A stretch of 64,000 bases of DNA from an uncultured Flavobacteriia bacterium (GTDB lineage Bacteria > Bacteroidota > Bacteroidia > Flavobacteriales_D > Crocinitomicaceae): NCBI GenBank assembly GCA_903873915.1, contig CAIQQH010000100.1, forward strand, positions 17,759 to 81,758. Direction: 5' to 3'. The position numbers and the translations under genes were made by a program. How positions within the stretch are numbered: the stretch's first letter is position 1; each line of letters opens with the position of its first letter. The notes below the pieces were generated by a model. The model searched no databases and was not told the origin of the DNA. It saw only the letters and a program-made list of their open reading frames with translations. Positions 28,194 through 35,653 of the stretch are shown in pieces.

Positions 28194-28382
28194 TGTCTTA
28201 AGTACGATGTAAAAATATATGAAAGACTGTGAACTTCACAATAAAAGTGTTCTTGACTTAGGTCCTTGTTTACCTCTCTTAGAATACCTATCTTTCAATG
28301 CGATTATTTTCAAAGAACACTCAGGTGTTTCTCAATCACTATTTCTTTGAACAATAGTGGAGTATATATGCGTTAAAACAAG

Positions 28383-30584
28383 TTGATTTTGAGTACTTCG
28401 TCAGACTCTCTTCGTGTTATTTTCGGTCTAATTGATTCCGTTCATCACTACGACATCATTACCGATCAACACGGTGTAATTTTACACTGTGGGCCTTTGA
28501 TGCGGGAAGATGTTCCGAACATTGCTTCGGGTGAAGCACTGTTTGACTTTTTCAAATCTGTTCAATACGCCAATTTTAGTGCGCTGTATCAAGCAAGTGA
28601 AACGGATAAACACAATGATGTATTTGAAGTTGTCAATGCCAACCATCTACGTTTGGATGTCCGTATTTCACGCATTACTGAAGAGACTATTTATCTTCAT
28701 TGTGCTCCGATGCGAACGAGTGATGTCGCGATTGTAAGTCATGTCATCAACTCTATAGATCCAGCGCTAACTCCCAATCAATTTATTCTTGATGTACTGC
28801 ATCATCTGCCCTTCGATGTCGGTATTTTTGACCGGGAAGGACGCTATTTATACATCAACCCTGCAGGGATAAAAAATGACAGCACACGGAACTTTATCAT
28901 TGGGAAAACAGATTACGACTATTGTGATTTGAAAGGCATCGATCGTTCAACGGTTGAACCACGAATGATCAATTTCCGACGGGTCATCGAAACAAAAACA
29001 CCCTCCGAATGGGTCGACGAGCATCAAAAACACGGAGCTGAAAGTGTTTTTGTTTTGCGCCGCTATCACCCTGTTATGAATAGCACAGGGGAGGTATCTT
29101 ATGTCATTGGGTATGGCATCGATATTTCAGCAGAACGCAACTCAGGAATCAAATTACAGCAGAAGCAAAAAGATCTCGAACGGCTTACTTTTTTCTTGGA
29201 CAACGCTATAGATGGAATTCAAGTTGCAAATGAGAGTGGTCATTTTGTATATCTCAACAAAACATCTCGAAACCGCTTGGGGATAGACGAAAATGAGATA
29301 CACGAACGGACAATTTTTGATATTCAATCGTACTTTAATTCGGAGGAAGACTGGATTAATCATATTAAAGATCTGAAGAAAATAGGGCGTTTATCTATTG
29401 AAACAAGTCATCGAAACATTAAAACAAACGATTTGACTCCTGTTCATCTTGAGGTCATCCCAACAAATTTCGGAGGAGAGAACTTTGTGCTTAGCATGTC
29501 GACCGATATCAGCGAGCGAAAGAAATTCATTAAAGAAATTGAGCTAGCCAATGCGCGCTATGCGGAAATCAACGAGAAGCTGGAGATTTCCATCGCTGAA
29601 AAAATCTCACGAAATGATGAACTGACGGAACGATTGGCGAATCAGGATAAACTGGCGATGATTGGTGAAATCACGGCCGGAATTACGCACGATCTAAACA
29701 CACCTATTGGTGCCGTAAAAATCGGTGCAGAAAGTATCCGCTATTCCTTAGAAAACCTCTTTAAAAGCGTGATTGAAAAATGTTCATTCGAGCAGCTGCA
29801 TTATGCGTGTGGAAGAGCCGTTGAGAGCAATGTAAAAATGTTCATTGGCGGACTGCAAGTGATGCGTGAAACAAAAGCATTCAGTGAGATGCTAAAGCTT
29901 CGTTATCCCGAAAGGAACGACCTCGACAACTTGTCCTCTGCATTTGTCAAAGCGCGCATTCTTGCCGAGGAAGATGCTGTCATTGACTATGTCATGTCAG
30001 GAAAAAATCCATTTGAGCTGCTCGATTTAATGTACCATATTCAAAGCATACGCACCTTTGTCGACACCGTTATGGAGGCCGGAGAGAAGGCCGCATCCGT
30101 CATTCGCAACCTTCGTTTTTATTTAAAAGAGGGAGCCAACATTAGCAAGGAAAATGTCAATTTACATGAGAACATTCGCACGGTATTGAATGTCTTCAAT
30201 CACCAATTGAAACAAGGCATTGAACTACATTTCGATGTTCCTCAAGACCTTGAAATCGTGGGGTATGAATCAAAATTATACCAGCTTTGGTCCAACCTCA
30301 TCAAAAATGCGATCGATGCCATTGGAAGCAGAGGTGAATTGAGTATCTCAGGATGGAAAGAGAAAGGCCGTTTAATGGTCGAGGTAAAAAATAGTGGGAC
30401 GATGATCCCCATGGAATTACGGGATAAAATTTTCGAGAAGTTCTTTACAACAAAGTCAGATATGAATGGGACTGGTTTAGGCCTGAGCATCGTGAGTAAA
30501 GTCATCGAAGACCACGGCGCACAAATAAAATTGGATTCTAATGAGCAAAACACCTCTTTTCTTGTTACTTTTACAACAACCTAA
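28383..30584 (+). CDS. PAS-domain sensor histidine kinase (2-3 PAS, coiled coil, HisKA with a long intra-hairpin insertion, HATPase_c), cytoplasmic
   Basis: H-box GEITAGITHDLNTPIGAV, N-box LWSNLIKNAIDA, G-boxes ...TKSDMNGTGLGLSIV. The TTG start at 28383 is uncertain. Confidence 0.8.
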   Translation: MILSTSSDSLRVIFGLIDSVHHYDIITDQHGVILHCGPLMREDVPNIASGEALFDFFKSVQYANFSALYQASETDKHNDVFEVVNANHLRLDVRISRITEETIYLHCAPMRTSDVAIVSHVINSIDPALTPNQFILDVLHHLPFDVGIFDREGRYLYINPAGIKNDSTRNFIIGKTDYDYCDLKGIDRSTVEPRMINFRRVIETKTPSEWVDEHQKHGAESVFVLRRYHPVMNSTGEVSYVIGYGIDISAERNSGIKLQQKQKDLERLTFFLDNAIDGIQVANESGHFVYLNKTSRNRLGIDENEIHERTIFDIQSYFNSEEDWINHIKDLKKIGRLSIETSHRNIKTNDLTPVHLEVIPTNFGGENFVLSMSTDISERKKFIKEIELANARYAEINEKLEISIAEKISRNDELTERLANQDKLAMIGEITAGITHDLNTPIGAVKIGAESIRYSLENLFKSVIEKCSFEQLHYACGRAVESNVKMFIGGLQVMRETKAFSEMLKLRYPERNDLDNLSSAFVKARILAEEDAVIDYVMSGKNPFELLDLMYHIQSIRTFVDTVMEAGEKAASVIRNLRFYLKEGANISKENVNLHENIRTVLNVFNHQLKQGIELHFDVPQDLEIVGYESKLYQLWSNLIKNAIDAIGSRGELSISGWKEKGRLMVEVKNSGTMIPMELRDKIFEKFFTTKSDMNGTGLGLSIVSKVIEDHGAQIKLDSNEQNTSFLVTFTTT

Positions 30585-30602
30585 ACCAGAAAACTCAAAT
30601 TG

Positions 30603-31013
30603 ATGACTAGCCACAAGTTCGCTATTGTGTGTGTTGATGATGATCCAATGATCACATCACTTCTCAGCTTTCAGTTGAGGAAGATTATCAATAATAAGAA
30701 TACATTTATCGAAACCTATTCCCAACCAACGGAAGTGGAAGAGAAAATTGAGGAATTGATTCGTTTTGGTGTCAGCATTATTTTCATCATTGTAGATTAT
30801 CAAATGCCTGAAATGACAGGTGCTCAATTGATCCGGAAGGTCAAGGCAAAATACCCTGAGGTTGCTTGCATCATGCTGTCTGGTCAAGCAAATGAGCTCA
30901 TTGTAAGCGAACTCCAAAATGAAAATCTACTTGAAATGTTTCTTTCGAAACCGTGGAGTGAGAAAGCCCTTTTTGATGTAGTTCAGCCCTTGATTGCCGA
31001 CACCTTATCCTAA
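30603..31013 (+). CDS. Stand-alone CheY-like response regulator receiver
   Basis: IVCVDDDP...IIVDYQMPEMTG...IMLSGQA...FLSKPW. 18-nt gap after the kinase gene. Confidence 0.85.
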   Translation: MTSHKFAIVCVDDDPMITSLLSFQLRKIINNKNTFIETYSQPTEVEEKIEELIRFGVSIIFIIVDYQMPEMTGAQLIRKVKAKYPEVACIMLSGQANELIVSELQNENLLEMFLSKPWSEKALFDVVQPLIADTLS

Positions 31014-31014
31014 G

Positions 31015-32397
31015 TTATTTTCGTAAAGCAAGAGCTCGGATCTCTTGTTTGAGGTTGTTTTGAGCATCCACTAATTTAAAAATAGGCACATAATTCCCCC
31101 CACCAAGTCGCGCTGATTCAATCATCTCATCAGCATCATTTTCGCTGTTTCGAATGCCCACAACAGACATATTGATGCCTTTGCGCCGGTACTTTCTGAT
31201 GTATTTTTTATAATCATCAGAGTTTCGATTAAAGGCCCCATCTGTAATAACGATAATTTGATTGACACCGTCGATCTTGAAGGACTTTAACGCTTCTGTA
31301 TAGCCAAGTTTAATGCCTTCACCACCTGCTGTCATTCCGCTTGCCTTTAGTTCGGAAACTTGTGCTTTGATGACTTCCTTGTCCGCACCAGAGGTCGAAG
31401 ATAAAAGCACGCGTGTATCGGTCGCATAGGTCACAATCCCCATTTTATCTTCAGCCCGAAGCATATCGATCAACTGAAAGAGTGAGTACTTCATCAATTC
31501 CATTTTATCACTTTGGCGCATGGAGGATGAGATGTCAAGAATGAATACAACATTTACAGGTTTGAAATGCGTGGTGGAGAAATCATCCTCATCGAGGGTG
31601 CTTAGTTCTATCGGAATTTCTGTGCTTGAAGTAGAGACCTCCTGATTCAGTTGCTCATCAAGAATGATTTCAATACTCGTGTCGCGCGTGGTAGCGACCA
31701 GCTCAGGCTCAGGCGTTAACACAATTGGTCCTTTGCGCATTGGAATAATGATTTCGTGCCGATTAAAGTTGATGTATGCCCCAAGTTCTTCGGGAAAATA
31801 CCCCTCATGTACCGCATAGAAATAACTGAATCCTATGCTGGCATCTTCACTAATTTTTCCATTCTTATCCGTTCGTTTCATCCAAACAGGTGTTCCGTTT
31901 TGAATCATGGACACCGTAGAAAGATCCAATGGTTTTTTGTTTTCCGCATCAATGGTTATTACTGTAAGCTCAAACTTTTGGCTATTTCCTGCTGGACGCA
32001 CACTAAAATCTGGACATGCGGTAAAGGCAGAAAGGTTGTCTGTTGGAACTTCATTGATTGTTCCTGAAAGACGAATCCGGGTGGCTGCTGCCCGATCGCT
32101 TGTAAATACATCAATGTCATATGAAAATCGTCCTTTTATGGATGGATTGACTTGAAAACGAATGTACATGGAACTGTCTGGTCCTATTCGGTCACTTGCT
32201 GCGACATACGACACATCTGCTGGCTTTTTTACACTGAGAATGTATTCCTTTTTTGCGCCGATATTCGACACCTTAATATCCACGAAACGATCATCATACG
32301 ATTCCAGCACTCCGAAGTCGTAGTTCACCGTTTCGAAGCGCAATTGCGCATGGCCGAGAAACGAAAAAAGGATAAAAATACAGGGATAAAAACGCAT
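31015..32397 (-). CDS. Secreted von Willebrand factor type A (VWA) domain protein with N-terminal Ig-like (DUF1573-like) modules
   Basis: Signal peptide. MIDAS motif VVFILDISSSM (DxSxS) plus ...VITDGAFN... in the C-terminal half. N-terminal FETVNYDFGVLESYDD...VSNIG resembles DUF1573. Confidence 0.7.
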   Translation of the reverse strand: MRFYPCIFILFSFLGHAQLRFETVNYDFGVLESYDDRFVDIKVSNIGAKKEYILSVKKPADVSYVAASDRIGPDSSMYIRFQVNPSIKGRFSYDIDVFTSDRAAATRIRLSGTINEVPTDNLSAFTACPDFSVRPAGNSQKFELTVITIDAENKKPLDLSTVSMIQNGTPVWMKRTDKNGKISEDASIGFSYFYAVHEGYFPEELGAYINFNRHEIIIPMRKGPIVLTPEPELVATTRDTSIEIILDEQLNQEVSTSSTEIPIELSTLDEDDFSTTHFKPVNVVFILDISSSMRQSDKMELMKYSLFQLIDMLRAEDKMGIVTYATDTRVLLSSTSGADKEVIKAQVSELKASGMTAGGEGIKLGYTEALKSFKIDGVNQIIVITDGAFNRNSDDYKKYIRKYRRKGINMSVVGIRNSENDADEMIESARLGGGNYVPIFKLVDAQNNLKQEIRALALRK

Positions 32398-32441
32398 ACA
32401 ACACGAAACGGAAAAGGGGATAAAATGTTACTTATACCAAC

Positions 32442-32467
32442 AAAAAAGGGCCTACCGAAGTAGACCC
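32442..32467 (-). terminator. Rho-independent terminator of the pyrophosphatase gene
   Basis: Minus-strand RNA GGGUCUAC-UUCG-GUAGGCCC (8-bp stem with one G-U, UUCG tetraloop) followed by UUUUUU. Lies 27 nt after the stop codon. Confidence 0.75.
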
Positions 32468-32493
32468 TAATATTTATTTTTTCATCCTAAAAA

Positions 32494-35037
32494 TCAATGA
32501 CCTTTTTTGCAAGATTTCTCTCCTTTGCACGATGATTTATCCTTGCAATCAGACTTTTTTGAGCAACAGTCATCTTTTTTTGTGCACTCATTTCCGCCCA
32601 TGAATTTTCCGTTCTCGTCGTAATGCGCCATGCACATTGCTTTTTCTTCTGAAGTACATTTCAGGGAATCACACATTGCTGCGCATTCGTCTTTCGTCAT
32701 TTTAGCACACTCACGCATGTCACATTTTCCGATCATGTATTCACCGTTGTGGTGTGCGTTACATGCACCCATTTGACCTTGGCAATCCTTCATGTCTTTC
32801 GAACATTCCATTTTCCCGTGGCACTTGTCCATTCCACAAGCGGCATCTTTAGACACATCACCGTGACCATTTCCAAGTATTGGAGCGATAACCAAACCAA
32901 TTAGGCAAGTCAATTTAATCAAGATGTTCATTGATGGTCCAGACGTGTCTTTGAATGGATCTCCAACTGTATCACCAGTAACTGCAGCTTTGTGCGCATC
33001 AGAACCTTTGTACGTCATTTCACCGTTGATCATGACACCAGCTTCGAAAGACTTCTTCGCGTTGTCCCAAGCTCCACCAGCGTTATTTTGGAAAACTGCC
33101 CAAAGTACACCTGAAACTGTTACACCAGCCATATATCCACCTAACATTTCAGCGATTAACTGATTGTCAGAACCATAAACTAACTTACCTAACAGCACGA
33201 TTGCAATAGGGAAACCGATGGTCAAAATACCTGGCAACATCATTTCACGTAAAGCAGCCTTTGTAGAAATCTCTACACACTTACCGTATTCTGGCTTTCC
33301 AGTTCCTTCCATAATTCCTGGAATTTCCTTGAACTGACGACGTACTTCGTACACCATGTCCATTGCAGCCTTACCCACTGAATTCATCGCCAAAGCAGAG
33401 AATACAACTGGAATCATACCACCAACAAACAACATTGCCAAAACTGGTGCTTTAAAGATATTAATTCCATCAATGCCTGTAAATGTTACGTAAGCCGCAA
33501 ACAAGGCCAATGAAGTCAAGGCTGCAGAAGCAATCGCAAATCCTTTTCCTGTGGCGGCAGTTGTATTACCCACTGAATCCAAAATATCTGTACGCATGCG
33601 CACTTCTTTCGGCAATTCGCTCATTTCAGCGATACCACCAGCGTTATCTGAAATTGGTCCGAAAGCATCGATCGCCAATTGCATAGCTGTTGTCGCCATC
33701 ATTGCTGATGCAGCCAATGCAACACCGTAGAATCCAGCCAATGCGTATGATCCCCAAATTGCCCCTGCGAACAAAAGAACTGTAGGGAATGTAGAAATCA
33801 TACCTGTTGCTAAACCAGCAATAACGTTTGTTCCTGCTCCAGTAGATGATTTTTGAACGATTTTCATAACTGGTTTTGTACCCAATCCAGTATAGTATTC
33901 AGTAACAGATGAAATTGCTCCACCAACCACTAAACCAATAATTGTTGCGTAGAAAACACGCATTGAAGAAATATCTTTAGATCCTTCACCAAAGAAGTCC
34001 ATGCTCATTGTTTCTGGCAACATGTATTTAACCAAAAAGAAACATGCAACAGCTGTTAAGGCAATAGATACCCAGTTACCAATATTCAAGGCTGTTTGAA
34101 CTTGCTTTTCTTTTGCGTCATTGCTTGTGATTTTAACAAGCATAGTTCCGATGATCGAGAATAAGATACCAAATCCAGCAATCGACATTGGCAATAAGAT
34201 TGGACCGATTCCACCGAATGCATCTTGAATAGCGCCACCCATGTCCTTGATCACATAGTTACCTAAAACCATCGCAGCTAAAACTGTTGCTACATACGAA
34301 CCAAATAAATCGGCACCCATACCAGCAACGTCACCTACGTTATCACCTACGTTATCTGCGATTGTTGCAGGGTTACGAGGATCATCCTCAGGAATTCCAG
34401 CTTCTACTTTACCTACTAAGTCAGCACCAACGTCAGCAGCTTTTGTATAAATACCACCACCAACACGAGCAAATAATGCAATTGATTCAGCTCCTAGAGA
34501 GAATCCAGCCAATGTTTCCAATACGATTGTCATATCTTCTGTTGAAGTCCATTGACCTTTCATAAAGAATTGGAAGAAAATAATAAAGAAAGCTGTTAAA
34601 CCAAGCACTGCCAAGCCAGCAACTCCCAATCCCATAACTGTTCCACCACCGAAAGAAACTTTCAATGCTTGCGGTAAACTAGTGCGAGCAGCTTGTGTTG
34701 TACGAACATTTGTTTTCGTTGCAATTTTCATCCCCATGTTTCCAGCCAAAGCTGAAAAGAATGCCCCAAAAATGAAGGCAACAACAATAAGAATGTGTGT
34801 TGTTGGTACAAAAAATGAAATCGCAGTTAACACGATACTTGCTGCAACAACAAAGATTGCTAATAGTCTGTATTCTGCTTTTAAGAATGCCAATGCACCT
34901 TCATAAATGTAATCTGAAATTTCTTTCATTTTACCATCTCCAGCGTCTTGCTTTAAAACCCAAGCTCTTTTGATCCACATGAAAAGAAGACCGATAATTG
35001 CCATCGCTATTGGCACATAAATCATAAATGACCCCAT
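32494..35037 (-). CDS. hppA: Membrane-integral pyrophosphatase (H+/Na+-translocating PPase) with an unusual ~126-aa Cys-rich C-terminal extension
   Basis: Hallmark M-PPase motifs: GGGIYTKAADVGADLVGKVE, DNVGDNVGD, AIDAFGPISDNAGG, TGDTVGDPFKDTSGPSMNILIKL. Start set to ATG 35037 because a TAnnTTTG box (35071..35078) covers the track's TTG start. Confidence 0.9.
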   Translation of the reverse strand: MGSFMIYVPIAMAIIGLLFMWIKRAWVLKQDAGDGKMKEISDYIYEGALAFLKAEYRLLAIFVVAASIVLTAISFFVPTTHILIVVAFIFGAFFSALAGNMGMKIATKTNVRTTQAARTSLPQALKVSFGGGTVMGLGVAGLAVLGLTAFFIIFFQFFMKGQWTSTEDMTIVLETLAGFSLGAESIALFARVGGGIYTKAADVGADLVGKVEAGIPEDDPRNPATIADNVGDNVGDVAGMGADLFGSYVATVLAAMVLGNYVIKDMGGAIQDAFGGIGPILLPMSIAGFGILFSIIGTMLVKITSNDAKEKQVQTALNIGNWVSIALTAVACFFLVKYMLPETMSMDFFGEGSKDISSMRVFYATIIGLVVGGAISSVTEYYTGLGTKPVMKIVQKSSTGAGTNVIAGLATGMISTFPTVLLFAGAIWGSYALAGFYGVALAASAMMATTAMQLAIDAFGPISDNAGGIAEMSELPKEVRMRTDILDSVGNTTAATGKGFAIASAALTSLALFAAYVTFTGIDGINIFKAPVLAMLFVGGMIPVVFSALAMNSVGKAAMDMVYEVRRQFKEIPGIMEGTGKPEYGKCVEISTKAALREMMLPGILTIGFPIAIVLLGKLVYGSDNQLIAEMLGGYMAGVTVSGVLWAVFQNNAGGAWDNAKKSFEAGVMINGEMTYKGSDAHKAAVTGDTVGDPFKDTSGPSMNILIKLTCLIGLVIAPILGNGHGDVSKDAACGMDKCHGKMECSKDMKDCQGQMGACNAHHNGEYMIGKCDMRECAKMTKDECAAMCDSLKCTSEEKAMCMAHYDENGKFMGGNECTKKDDCCSKKSDCKDKSSCKGEKSCKKGH

Positions 35038-35070
35038 AAAGTAGTTTTTAGTAATAATTTTTGTCGGGCG

Positions 35071-35078
35071 CAAAAGTA
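35071..35078 (-). promoter_or_regulatory. -7 promoter box (TACTTTTG on the minus strand) for hppA
   Basis: Plus strand CAAAAGTA, 33 nt upstream of ATG 35037. Confidence 0.45.
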
Positions 35079-35222
35079 GAGGTTTCCTAGAACTTCTGCA
35101 AGTTTGCCCATCTTTGTATTTAGAGTAGGCACTTACGCATTCAAGGAGACAAGGTTACACAAAAGACAATATGGTCTTTACAAATAGGTATTAATAATGA
35201 TTTTTTGGTTCAGTATTTCGAA

Positions 35223-35519
35223 TTAAATTGCTGATTTAATTTTCGATTTCAAGGTGTTGATGTCCATTACACCACTTGATCGCCACTGAATTTCGCCCGA
35301 CTTGAACAAAATAAAGGTCGGAACACCACGAATCTTAAACTTATCAGCAATGTCTGTGTTCTTGTCCACATCAATTTTTAAAATCCGTACTTCATTTCCC
35401 ATCTCGTGTTTCAATTGATCCAATACCGGTTGCATTGTTCTGCACGGACCACACCAGGTGGCATAAAAATCGACCAATGTCGGTAAATCAGCTTTTATGA
35501 TTTCTTGGAACTTTCCCAT
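35223..35519 (-). CDS. trxA: Thioredoxin
   Basis: LVDFYATWCGPCRTMQP (WCGPC active site). ~98 aa from ATG 35519. Confidence 0.9.
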   Translation of the reverse strand: MGKFQEIIKADLPTLVDFYATWCGPCRTMQPVLDQLKHEMGNEVRILKIDVDKNTDIADKFKIRGVPTFILFKSGEIQWRSSGVMDINTLKSKIKSAI

Positions 35520-35580
35520 TTTATTGCGAATTGATTTTCTTAAATTTAGTGAATTCAGCGGCTTGTTTAAACGCACCAAG

Positions 35581-35588
35581 CAAAATTA
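35581..35588 (-). promoter_or_regulatory. -7 promoter box (TAATTTTG on the minus strand) for trxA
   Basis: Plus strand CAAAATTA, 61 nt upstream of ATG 35519 and directly abutting the track's TTG start (35579), which argues against that start. Confidence 0.35.
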
Positions 35589-35641
35589 AGTGAAGAAAAT
35601 CCAACACTGTGTAACATAAGTTATATTCAACTGCTTTCGTC

Positions 35642-35649
35642 TATCTTTG
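35642..35649 (+). promoter_or_regulatory. -7 promoter box TATCTTTG only 4 nt upstream of ATG 35654 (possible leaderless mRNA)
   Basis: Exact TAnnTTTG. With the usual spacing, the transcription start would fall at or next to the ATG. Confidence 0.35.
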
Positions 35650-35653
35650 CACC

